A stretch of 64,000 nucleotides of DNA, taken from contig OZ024747.1 in assembly GCA_964016885.1 (NCBI GenBank), positions 63,984,001 through 64,048,000 on the forward strand, given 5' to 3'. The notes under the pieces were generated by a model. That model did not search any database, had not been told where the DNA came from, and worked only from the letters and a program-made list of their open reading frames with translations. The position numbers were made by a program, and so were the translations under genes. The stretch is from Eledone cirrhosa. Its lineage: Eukaryota. Each line of letters starts with the position of its first letter. Positions within the stretch are counted from its first letter, which is position 1. Positions 42,135 through 56,168 of the stretch are shown here, piece by piece.

Positions 42135-44550
42135 TCAACAAGTTCAACAACAACTACAAGAACAACACCAGCTAAATCACCACCACCACCAACAACTACA
42201 ACAACAATTACACAACCAACAACTACAACAGCAACTAGAACAACTACACCATAATTACCTACAACAACAACTATACCAGCAATAACTACAACAACAACTA
42301 CACTACCACCAACTACCCAGCAATAACTACACCACCAGCTACAACAACAACCTCACCACCGACACCAACAATAACCTCCCCCCCAAAAAAAAAAAGAATT
42401 ACACCGCCATCACCACCAACAACTACAACAACAATAACTACGCCAACAACAACACCATCACCACCACCAACACCAACATCAACTACACCACCACCACTAC
42501 CACCACCACCAACGACAACCTCACCACCACCAACACCAACATCAACTACACCACCACCACTACCACCACCACCAACGACAACCTCACCACCACCAACACC
42601 AACATCAACTACACCACCACCACTACCACCACCACCAACGACAACCTCACCACCACCAACACCAACATCAACTACACCACCACCACTACCACCACCACCA
42701 CCAACAACTGCACCGACATCACCTCCAACAATAACAACCTCACCAACACCAACATCAACTACACCACCACCACTACCACCACCAACAACGACAACCTCAC
42801 CACCACTACCACCACCACCAACAACAACTGCATCGACATCACCTCCAACAACAACAACCTCACCACCACCAACACCAACATCAACTACACCACCACCACT
42901 ACCACCACCAACAACGACAACCTCACCACCACTACCACCACCACCAACAACAACTGCACCGACATCACCTCCAACAACAACAACCTCACCACCACCAACA
43001 CCAACATCAACTACACCACTACCACCACCACCAACAACAACTGCACGAACATCACCTCCAACAACAACAACCTCACCACCACTGCCACCAACTAAAACAA
43101 CAACTACACCATCATCACCACCACCAACAACTACAACAATAACTACGCCATCACCACCAAAAAAACTACCACAACAATAGCTACGCCAACACTACACCAC
43201 CACCATCACCAGCAACAACAAAAACAATAACCACGCCAACAACAACTACACCACCATCACAACCAATAACTACGTCAACAACAACTACACCACCAGCTAC
43301 AACAAAAACTACAACAGCAACTACAACAGCAACAATAACTACACCAACAACAACAACTACACCACCAGCTACAACAAAAACTACAACAGCAACTACAACA
43401 GCAACAATAACTACGCCAACAACAACAACTACACCACCAGCTACAACAAAAACTACAACACCAACTACAACAGCAACAATAACTACACCAACAACAACAA
43501 CTACACCACCAGCTACAACAAAAACTACAACACCAACTACAACAGCAACTACAACAGCAACAATAACTACACCAACAACAACAACAACTACACCACCAGC
43601 TACAACAGGAACTACAACAGCAACTACAACAGCAACTACAACAGCAACAATAACTACACCAACAACAACAACTACACCACCAGCTACAACAGCAACTACA
43701 ACAACAACTACAACAGCAACAATAACTACACCAACAACAACAACTACACCACCAGCTACAACAGCAACTACAACAACAACTACAACAGCAACAATAACTA
43801 CACCAACAACAACAACTACACCACCAGCTACAACAGCAACTACAACAACAACTACAACAGCAACAATAACTACACCAACAACAACAACTACACCACCAGC
43901 TACAACAGCAACTACAACAGCAACTACAACACCAACAATAACTACGCCAACAACAACAACTACACCACCAGCTACAACAGCAACTACAACAGCAATAATA
44001 ACTACGCCAACAACAACAACTACACCACCAACTACAACAGCAACTACAACAGCAACAATAACTACACTAACAACAACAACTACACCACCAGCTACAACAG
44101 CAACTACAACAGCAACTACAACACCAACAATAACTACGCCAACAACAACAACTACACCACCAGCTACAACAGCAACTACAGCAGCAACAATAACTACACT
44201 AACAACAACAACTACACCACCAGCTACAACAGCAACTACAACAGCAACAATAACTACACCAACAACAACAACTACACCACCAGCTACAACAAAAGCAACA
44301 ACATGAACTACAACACCAACAATAACTACGCCAACAACAACTACACCACCAGCTACAACAAAAGCAACAACAGGAACTACAACACCAACAATAACTACAC
44401 CAACAACAACAACTACACCACCAGCTACAACAGCAACTACAACAGGAACTACAACAGCAACAATAACCTCGCCAACCAAAAACCTAGACGCCCACTAACA
44501 ATTACATTACTAATAACAGCTACTAACATAACAACACCAACGACAAAAGT
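42135..44550. repeat. ACA/CCA-based minisatellite with 63-bp then 60/72/84-bp higher-order units
   Basis: Directly visible; one plus-strand frame reads Thr/Pro/Ala-rich. Confidence 0.92.
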
Positions 44551-45040
44551 TTAGGTAAAATGAATGCCAAAGAAACAAACACGTTGGTATAATGACAATA
44601 AGATTAGATTTATTGATTTAAGGTGATTCCAATGAAGAAGACGTAGAGAATTGTGTAAAGAATTTACCATTTCTCCTGAGTAAATCTGTGAAAATACACT
44701 CACGGAATACTGGAATTATTACCTGACGAAAGTCATCAGCAGAAATATTCTCAGCATTACTTAAATATTTTTATTTGTATTTACTAATCTTGGTGCGTTT
44801 TTTTTTAATATCAGTGCAATGTAATTATATAATACAAATTTACACAGACACGCACACATACACATAAACACAGACACACACACACACACACACACGCCGA
44901 GAAAGACAGATAGAAACAGACACAGACACAAAGACAGACACACACACACACACACAAAGACTCTCTCACTCACACACACACACAGACACACGCACATATA
45001 TATATATACAAAGAGAGAGAGAGAGAGAGAGAGAAAGATA

Positions 45041-45160
45041 TAAAATTCCGAACGCGGCGCCAAGCGGTTTCGGGTTGTGTGTTCAGCAAACTGTTTGACA
45101 CCCTTGAACAAGGTTTGCTGAACACAAGCCGAAACGCCTTGGCGCCGCGGTAGGGATTTT
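45041..45160. repeat. GC-rich ~120-bp hairpin
   Basis: cgcggcgccaag..gtttcgg..tgttcagcaaac versus gtttgctgaaca..ccgaaac..cttggcgccgcg. Confidence 0.85.
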
Positions 45161-45332
45161 ACATATATCTATATCCCCTCTGCATCTCCCAATACATTGA
45201 GTACTCTCATGATTAGTGGGTGGTCCCCTTGGTGTCAGCACCGCAGACTCTCTCTCTCTCTTTCTTTCTCTCTCTATGTGTATATATATGTGTGTGTGTA
45301 TATATATATATAGACATAGTCTTTCTCTTTCT

Positions 45333-45387
<55 letters not shown>

Positions 45388-45646
45388 GGAAAAAGTATGA
45401 CCCCGACGGCAGAGCTCAAGCTATTTCCTATTTCCCACTCTACTATCCTAAGTATTGAGTACTCTGGTGCGTTATGGTCCATCTGGTATATATATATATA
45501 TATAAATATATATATATGATAATAAAATGACGATTTGTTAAGTCTTCATTACGTTTATTGAGTAGCAACGCGCGTTTCGCTATTGATGAGCTCGAGGTTC
45601 GATCTATATCGATCTGGCCCGACTCTGCATATCTATATCTATCTAT

Positions 45647-45691
<45 letters not shown>

Positions 45692-46179
45692 CACACACAC
45701 ACTGTATTAAATATTATACTCTTGAATTGACCAGAGATTAACATTTCCAGATGTTTTTAGGTATGGCTTTCTTTATTTATTCTTTGTATGAAATGTTGAT
45801 TGTTTTTCCGGTATCTTGTCTCTGTTTTTAGCCTGAGAAAATACCTATATGCGTGTATAAATAATACATGCATATATTTATTTTTTTTATATCCAATTTA
45901 GTTCTTCACGCATGGTTAAAATTCTTGACAGAATTAATTGACCTGCGTGCATATTATTTTATCCTTTTATGTTTTGCGATGACCTCCCCTTCCCGCTTGG
46001 TGACGGTGTGAGATTTATCTTTGTGAGACTGCTGGAATTTCAAATTTGGCGTTCACTCTAACACTGACGGGTACCATCGCTGAATGTTAATATCGGTAGG
46101 GTTTTTTTTTATATCGATATTGTCGGGCATCCACTGATGGTTTATAAGTGCCCACCTGCATATATTCCTATGGACTATG

Positions 46180-46427
46180 TGTAGGCTTCTACATAACCTG
46201 GACATTATTTTCCCAACTTGTAGAAAACTTATTATGGAACGATCGTTTGGAGAGAGAGATGTATTTAATTGTGTCTCATATAAAATAATACAACTGGCTA
46301 TCCGCAAAATACGTATAGTTAGCACCCCAAACGTATAATTGGGATTATACTAAGGTATATCCTAATGTTTGTTGAGTGAGACGGAAGTCGGTCGGAGTAT
46401 TGCTTAAAGCTTTCTCTGTTAGTGTAT

Positions 46428-46432
<5 letters not shown>
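46180..46432. mobile_element. Unclassified interspersed repeat ending at (TA)n; second copy at 60880-61130
   Basis: taggcttctacataa...tagttagcaccccaaac...ctctgtta.tgtattaa shared between the two loci. Confidence 0.75.
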
Positions 46433-46511
<79 letters not shown>

Positions 46512-46937
46512 TGAGTGTCTGCATAATTAATACTTTGTAGATAGCAGCTGTTTTCAGGTTATGTAACTGTTATTGAAACACGTGTCAATAAATTCCTTTT
46601 AACTGAACTGTATCCATTTAAATACTTATATATATATATATATATATAAAGGAATCTATACAAGAGATGAATTTGAACAAAGGCAACATAAGTCGTATCA
46701 ATCATAATAATAACAACAACAATGATAATAATGATGATTTCTTTATTATTGCCACAAAGGCGAGAAATGAGAGGACATTACAAGAATGTATAGGTTACAA
46801 AACGTTATGGTGGGGGAGGGTTTACAAAGAAATCCGAATCCAATGAATGAATCAATAATAATAATAGTAGTAGTAGCAGTAATGATAATAACAATAATGA
46901 TATTAATAATAACAATAATAATGATATTAATAATAAT

Positions 46938-47145
46938 AATGGTTTCTGATTTAGGCACAAGGCCAACAATATTTTGGGGAGGAAAAGTCAATTAAATCGA
47001 CCCCAGTGCGTGACTGGTACTTTATTTATCGACCTCGTAAGGATGGAAGGCAAAGTTAACTTCGACGGGATTTGAACTCAGAATGTAAAGGACCGTAACT
47101 CTATGCTGCTAAGCATGTAGTCCGACGCTCTACTGATTCTGCCAA
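46938..47145 (-). mobile_element. SINE-A variant in (AAT)n
   Basis: Matches family A. Confidence 0.88.
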
Positions 47146-48587
47146 AATAATAATAACAATAATAATAACTTCTTTATTGAACAGAATGGCCTAAGACATT
47201 GGTGACAGCACAAGAAATGGGATAGAAAACAATCGAGGTGTACATCAATTGAAGAAGGAAAGAAAACAATTAGAGATAAGAGAAACAACAGCACGGATGA
47301 TGTCACAAGCTGGGACAGTTCCTCGTGCCCAGTCAAGGAATCTCACCCCACAGACCCTGGAATATCTTAATCACTAAGAGAATAACCTCTCACCCATTTG
47401 TCATCTCGTGGTCTCTGGGTGAATACTGAGGAGTAGGCCCATTCATTCGGGAAATTTTCGCAACTCTCACCTACCTTTTAGCAAATTTACTGGAAAATCA
47501 GTACCCCCTCTCCTCGATCACATTCATCTGAAAGTGGAATTTAACAAAATTGATTTAGTCTTGGATGAAGCGGAAGGTATCTGTCCCCTCGTCTGTTCAG
47601 TTGTGTTCTCCACCCAAAATATTCCACGACAATCATCAGATAAAGAACATCCTCTAGTCCTCCCTTGTCAAATAAAGGCCGTGTACTGATGGACTAACTC
47701 GTTATCAGAGTCCTTCCTATACGAAAAAAGAAAACAAAACAAAAACTGCTGTTAGACAAAACACTACAAATATAATGTTTTGTCACTGAATGAGTGCCAC
47801 CTCTTCTCAGATTACAGGACTTATAAGTCTCTCGTTCTGTTGCCAGTTGCAGCAGATATCTGCCAAGATGTCAGCGAACAAGTTTGCTCTTTGAACATAA
47901 CCCGTCTACAAATTATATCTTAGCTTCGGTCACCGACTGCTGATTGCGTTCCTCATCTTCAGCAAAGCGCCACGGCTGTATGTCAAGGCAGGTACCAAAA
48001 TTCACCACCGCCTCCGGACCACCGATCTTCCAGGAACAGTTAAACAAAGCTCCATTAGACAGTCACACACACCTGCTTACAATCGAGTTTTTAAATATGT
48101 CCACTCCAGTCCCTCAACAACAGATTTGGGACTTTTTTCCAGGCCGCAATGATGCCCTTTTCATTCCTTACATCAGTCGTGTCTTAAGATATAACAACGC
48201 AGTCTTTCCATTGAAGAAATAGTTGGTGGTCATTCTCACGGCTAGTATATCAGTTGTGAAATCTTTCGTAATTGTCTCTTCTAATTTATTAGCTAGCTTC
48301 TCCCCTAATCTACTTTCTCTATCGCTACTTCTTAGCTAAATGGCATCGATCTAGATAGAAGAAATCAAAAGGAAGCCAGTTACTGTATGTTGAATGGTTC
48401 GTTCCAGGCTGGGAAAGCCTACAATGACCAGATTAACAAATATTAGGTGACAGCTGACAGAACACTTTGAAAAGGATAAGTACTGCAGAATCAATAACAA
48501 AGAAGTGATGATTGATAACAGTAGGGTAGGAGAGATAGTGAGCAAATTACGGCATTCTATTGTTGTTGATGCTGTTTCAGACTATAT

Positions 48588-48631
<44 letters not shown>

Positions 48632-48685
48632 TGTTGTTGTTGTTGTCGTTGTCGTTGTTGTCGTCGTCGTTGGCGGCGGCGGCGT
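48588..48685. repeat. Compound trinucleotide run (TAG)n-(TTG)n-(TCG)n-(GCG)n
   Basis: Directly visible. Confidence 0.9.
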
Positions 48686-49312
48686 TTTTATACAACTGCT
48701 ATTATTGTTGCTGCTGAATATGTAGCGGCTGTTGCTGCTGCATATGCAGCTGTTGCTGCTGATTTTTTGGTGTTTCGTTACTGTTGTTCTTGTTTTGTGA
48801 TTGTGGAGCTTGCATCAGCACAACCCTTATCTCTTTAAACATCTCATGTGAGCAGAAAAAAACCCCGTTTGTAGTTAGAAAAAAGAACTATTTGCATAAT
48901 CTTCATTTCAACGCTACAAGAAGATACGAGAAGTTTGGTAGTTTAATCAGAATGGAGATAGTTTTAAGCTTTTCCAGGAGCTCAATTTTTCTCTTACACA
49001 AGTTCACCTAATGTAGTTTATGCCTCTATAGGAGTCTTATGTCCCCTACTTTGCTCAACACAGCTCTCACCAGATGCCTATTTCTCTCACAACATTTATC
49101 ACTCTCACCTTCATCACTCACCCACCTATGTACGTCGAGATGAGAAGAATTCCTCATCTTTTACTCAGAATTGAATCAGATATTCCCCATCTCATAGTTC
49201 CTATCGGGATTGTTAATGTTTTCGGCTTCACTGCTTCTTTCAAGCATCTTCCTGCATGATTAGACATCGTCGGCTATTCTTTTTGCCGAAATTGAATGAC
49301 TATGTGCCTGTA

Positions 49313-49445
49313 AGTACCATATACCCGAACGTTACCATGTACCTGAACGTAACCATATACCTATACGTAACCATATACCTATACGTAACCATATACCTAT
49401 ACGTAACCATATACCTATACGTAACCATATACCTACGTTACCATG
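49313..49445. repeat. 18-bp minisatellite (cgtaaccatatacctata)
   Basis: About 7 units, decaying at the edges. Confidence 0.9.
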
Positions 49446-49774
49446 TACCGGTACCTTACTATGTAGCTGTACGTTATCATGCATCGGTCAACACTTTCCA
49501 AAACCTGTAGCTAGACGGCGAATGTTGCCTTTTCTTTTTTCTCTTCGAGTGAGATTCCTGGTTTTACTCAGTATTTTCGTTTAGTATTTATAATAGTTCT
49601 GTACATCTTGATGCACAAGAGAAAGAGTCACTGTTAGCATTCACCTTGCCATAGACTATGCTATTGTTGTTAACTGCTGCAATGAAAGTGATGGTGGGGG
49701 ATGTATTGGAGATGATGTAGCCTGGCATTTAGATTATATTCGGCCGCTTTGTCGTTGATCTGGTGACAGTGTTG

Positions 49775-50020
49775 TTGATGCTGACAGTAGCTTATCGTCT
49801 TGTTATCGTTGATGTTGTTGCTCATGGTAGACCATCGTCGTCTTGTTATTGCTCACCGTAGCTCAACGTCTTGTTGTTGTTGTCGTTGATGCTCATGGTA
49901 GCTTATCGTCTTGTTGTGGTTGTTGTTGCTCGTGGTAGCTCATCGAGTTGTTGTTGCTCGTGGTAGCTCATCATCTTGTTGTTGATGCTCATGGTAGCTT
50001 ATCGTCTTGTTGTTGTTGCC
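49775..50020. repeat. Degenerate minisatellite gctcatggtagcttatcgtc(ttg)n
   Basis: About 7 variable-length units. Confidence 0.8.
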
Positions 50021-50659
50021 AGCAGTAATGCTCTACATGTTAATGCTATTGTTTTTCCAGTTATTTCTGCTTTCTGTTAAATCGTCCTTAAAACATTATT
50101 CGTTCACTCTCAGTTTCCTCTTGCTATTTGACTGATTGTTGTTGCAATAAACATTTTCTTTCTCATCCCTCAAAGAATCCATGAGTCCGTTGTGCCTGGA
50201 TGATGGGGACGTTGTTAGTGGCAATCTTCCCTTATTCCTTGTTTGTTATTTCTCTGCCCATGTCTCCTACTGAGTGGCTATCAAAGACGGCGGTATGTGG
50301 GATGGTATTTAGAGTTTTGTTTGGTGAGGAATGAGTAAAATAAAGGGCAGAAACCAAAAGTAGTCGATCAACCCTTTGAAGTCATGGTCGGTGTTATAAC
50401 AAAAGAGAACACAAATCCATAAAATGGTAAACTTTAAGCAAATCGTCTTTATCTTACGGAGGAGAATAAAATATGTATAGATCCGTAACTCCCAAGGGAG
50501 TCGTAGGGGTGTCATATTGACATACGGCGTTTCTAGGGCATTTTTAAACATGGCGTTACCCATCTCTTCTCCAGGTTTGAATACAACAGATTCTTACCAG
50601 AGAAGGATAGAAAGTGAGAGAGAATGGAAGTGAAAAAGAGATATAGAGGAATTGACCTT

Positions 50660-50808
50660 AGTAGTTGACTGGTACTTTTTTATCGACCTTAAATGGATGA
50701 AAGGCAAAGTTGACCTCGGCGGGCTTTGAATTCAGAGAGCAGTGTGTCGGAATGAATACCGCAACCCATTCTATCCAACGTTCTAACGGCTCAGCCAATT
50801 CACCGCCT
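50660..50808 (-). mobile_element. Old SINE-A-related copy
   Basis: ggatgaaaggcaaagttgacctcggcgg...gccaattcaccgcc. Confidence 0.75.
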
Positions 50809-51262
50809 ATGAGTAGAATATACCGACTGCAAAATAATAACAATAACAATCATTTCTAACACAGAAACAATGTAAACAAAATGTTGGGGAGGGAACAGTT
50901 GATAATATCAACACCAGAACGTGACTGGTACTTTGTTTTATGGGACACCCACCACCGGAATGATGAAATGCATCGGTAGATGTTGAACTCAAAATAGAAT
51001 AAATATTAACTTCTATCTCAAGCACAAGGCCACACAATTTGTTGTGGTGGTGATGTGACATTATTTATGTATTCACTAATATATGACAGGTAATTATTAG
51101 CCTCATTTCACGATGTATGACAGTGAAAAAGAATTTGATGATATTTAAAATAAAAATTGGAAGCAGATTATTTTTAAAATATTCATTATTTAGTCTAATT
51201 TTACTGTGTATGGAGGGATGGATAGAAAGTATATTTACCTTTACCATCCAATCTACGTAATG

Positions 51263-51595
51263 CTGAGGTTCTCAAACTTTTTGCGCCCCCCACCCCCACC
51301 TCATGGCCACATAATGCCCTATTTCCAGAGAGTCTTGCCTACACGCAAATTATAAATAATATATAACAAATAAAATCGTTAATTTATATATAATAAATAT
51401 ATTTTTTATTTTAATATATTTAAATATAATATTATATTTATTATAATATAAAATATTATAATAAATATAATATTTTTTATATGTATCATTTGATATTTAA
51501 TATACTATTATATCATCTTTACCGACCCCCAGCACCCCGTTAGACATTCTCAACGCCCCCCATGGAGGGCGGTAGAGCCCACGTTGGGAATCTCT
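51263..51595. mobile_element. Degenerate hAT/Charlie-like MITE with an AT-rich interior
   Basis: ctgaggttctcaaac ... gttgggaatctct termini; no clear TSD. Confidence 0.45.
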
Positions 51596-51764
51596 TATTT
51601 AAAGTGATAGCTTCCAATAAAAATGTATTGTAGTTATAGCTACATTAAATTTACCTTACAGCTTTAGATATATTCTGTGTTCTAGCATACATATTACTTA
51701 TTTAATTACTTATATTAACAAATGTGTACGGATCAAACAAATTAGACTGATCATATTAGTTATG

Positions 51765-51959
51765 CAAACCTGCCAACCCCTAAAAACCCAAACGGGGAGT
51801 CCCATGAAAAAGGTGACCCCAAAACGGGGAGAAATTAAGCAAAATGGCGAGATTTTACAAAATGAAAGCTATACTCATTTTCACAAGAGAAGACATCTCG
51901 CACCCACCCAAAAGTTGGTGGGGGAACTCCCCGTTCAATGGGTAGAGTCGACAGGTCTG
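51765..51959. mobile_element. MITE with 6-bp TSD, uninterrupted copy
   Basis: caaacctgccaac...gtcgacaggtctg; flanks gttatg / attatg. Confidence 0.8.
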
Positions 51960-52829
51960 ATTATGTTTTATACTGCTCTTCACATAAATTCCGATAATAT
52001 CAGTCACTCTTTTCGCAGAATCATAGGAAATGTTATCTTCTGATAAGGAGACAATAATCTCCGAAATGTTTAAAATATATTTTGTCCCCTGTGTACAGTG
52101 AGAATAGTAGAAAGTGTGTTTACACTTCACATCTTTCAAAGTGAAGTTTCTAATAAAGAAAACACCGAAAAAAAAAAAAAGATCCGTAGGTATTTTTACA
52201 CTAAATTTATCTTAAATATATAAAACAGGAGATTTATTCACTGTTCAGTCATTCTGTTTTATAAACAAATCCACCCTTAGAACAAAAAACAAAACAATAC
52301 AAAAAAAGAAAAAACAGAAACAAAAAGAAAACAATATATCTGGGTAAATTTGAGTATGTTTAAAACATAAAAAATCAGAAATATGAAACATATTCAATTG
52401 ATTTATTTAATAAAAGAAGCAGGTAAAGGGAACGCACAGATAGAGAAAAACATGTTTATCCTTGTAGTTAACAACACAAGCAGACAAAGAGTAACAGGTT
52501 TATCTTCATAGCTGATGACACAAAAAACCAATAAATACCTGGCAGGATTGTGCTTCGGATATTCATATTTTTTTAACCCCAAATATATTTGGTTTGTAAG
52601 CAATCTTCGATATTTATTATTCAATCTCAAAGATATTTTATAATTATAATCCTTGAGGTATGTCTCAACATCCTATTGTTTTGTTTAGATTTCGTATTCG
52701 TGTTTATATTTTATTATATGTTATGTTCACATAATATTTTTTTTTTCACTAAAATTGTCTTGAAACAATTCGTTCATATATTTTCTTTTAACAATTGGCA
52801 ACATTTTTGTAAATGAACATAGACAACCA

Positions 52830-54035
<1,206 letters not shown>

Positions 54036-54310
54036 TAATGTAAATATATACGCATCACATTGGTTTATATTACAAAATAATTGTTTTTACTTTTGGCACA
54101 AGGCCACAATTATCCCAGTGCATTAATGGTACTTTATTTTATCGACCCCGTAAGGATGTATATGTCGACATAGTACCAATATATATATCACATTGGTGTA
54201 TATATATATATATATATATATGATATATATTTCCTCACTGCCTAATGCTCATATTTCCTCGCTAATACATATATATATATGCGTATATGCATGCACGCTT
54301 CCCCCTGAAA

Positions 54311-54398
<88 letters not shown>

Positions 54399-54479
54399 TA
54401 TATATAAATATATATATATAAATATATATACATATATATACGTATATGCATAATGTATATATATATATATATATATACT

Positions 54480-54646
<167 letters not shown>

Positions 54647-54811
54647 CTAGAGGATACATATTTATGCATAAGCATAGATACATATATGAATGAAGTTCAC
54701 ATGTTCTTCACACACATATATATATATTTATATATATATTAGAAAGTGAGGTTTGTTTTACAAAATGAAAAATAACCGAGGTGTCCTACACGAGTGAAAG
54801 TATAAAGAAAA

Positions 54812-55462
54812 AAAGATGAAATCGAAAATGCAACTGGAGTCTTATTTAAAACTATATATAAATATTTATTTGGTTCCTTTACCGGTTTCGCAGTTCTTCT
54901 GCTTTTCAGAAGTAGAGTTGAGATGGAGGGTCTGTGGTTTTTCTCACATCTGGTTGGTCTTTGAATGTTACTTGTTTTATATGGAAAAAAAGTGGCTCGA
55001 AACGCCAGGTTTTAAGAGAAGTAATTTGATTGGTTGGTCAATAAGTATAATAAATTTCGCGCCAGTTCGCGTTACAAAGTTCTTCAAACAAGGGGAGGGG
55101 GGCTCAGGTTGTTTTTTCATATATATATTTTTAAGTAAAAGAAATTCAAACACTCATATATGAAAAAACAACCTGAGTCCCCCCCCCCTTGTTTGAAGAT
55201 CTTTGTAACGCGAACTGGCGCGAAATTTATTATACTTATTGACCAACCAATCAAATTACTTCTCTAAAAACCTGGCGTTTCGAGCCACTTTTTTTCCATA
55301 TAAAACAAGTAACATTCAAAGACCAACCAGATGTGAGAAAAACCACAGACCCTCCATCTCAACTCTACTTCTGAAAAGCAGAAGAACTGCGAAACCGGTA
55401 AAGGAACCAAATAAATATATATATTTTTTTAAAAATAAGAATCCAGTTGCATTTTCGATTCA

Positions 55463-55467
<5 letters not shown>
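54812..55467. mobile_element. Long palindromic element (~312-bp arms, ~31-bp spacer), Penelope pLTR-like
   Basis: Near-perfect IR; each arm has CCAAT, TATAAAA, a hammerhead-like motif and AATAAA; one-sided tail 54740-54811. Confidence 0.85.
55368..55403 (+). ncRNA. Hammerhead-like motif (G8A variant); mirror copy at 54877-54912 on the minus strand
   Basis: ctt-CTGAAAA-gcag(aagaa)ctgc-GAAA-ccgg-TA-aag, followed by aataaa. Confidence 0.6.
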
Positions 55468-55516
<49 letters not shown>

Positions 55517-55668
55517 AGTCTGTGTTCCGAAGAGATTGTTTTGGTAAAATAGGAGTAAGAAGGAGAAAGCTCTCAACATTCGTAGTTTATAGTTACGATG
55601 GAGATTCAGTACGATAATAACATCAATAAAGATGCTGATGAATTAATGATTTGTGTAACATCACCATC

Positions 55669-55719
<51 letters not shown>

Positions 55720-55969
55720 TGTGTGTATGTGTGTGTATGTTCTTAAAACTGGTAATTTTAACAGAGAAACAGAGTGAAACATTAGTATCATGTTTCAAAG
55801 TTGAAAGATGAGTTAAAAAACTTAGATTAATACATAATAATGATAACATTATATATATATTGGGAATGTAACGTCTAGTTACTGTAGGTTCACCAAAGTG
55901 AGGATGCCATGCGTAGTTTCCAGTAAATATATAGGTGTAGAACTAAGCAGAGTGTAATAATAGTAATAA

Positions 55970-56168
55970 AAATGACGATTTTTTTAATGTCTTCATTACG
56001 TTTATTGAGTAGTCACGCGCGTTTAGCTATTGAGCTGTGGTAATGACAGCAGAGGGCCGACGAGCTTTTGATTCTAGAGTCGGGCTAGATCGATACACAT
56101 CAAACCATGAGCTGATAAATAGCAAATCGCGCATCAATAGACGCAATGAAGACATAACAAATCGTCCT
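55970..56168. mobile_element. Older palindromic element with a degenerate hammerhead; related fragment at 45520-45628
   Basis: Arms gacgattt..gtcttcattacgtttattga / tcaatagacgcaatgaagac..aaatcgtc; the 45.5-kb copy reads agc-GAAACGCGCGTT...aataaa on the minus strand. Confidence 0.65.

Noticed and set aside
43181-44479. 432-aa Val/Gly/Ala ORF on the minus strand
   Set aside because: Antisense reading of the ACA/CCA minisatellite; no domain features
46530-46592. GAAACACGTGTC-aataaa hammerhead 3' half (similar weak cases at 2745-2810, 32350-32390, 55521-55579 and 62010-62110)
   Set aside because: CUGANGA or the stems are too degenerate to call by eye; possibly decayed pLTRs
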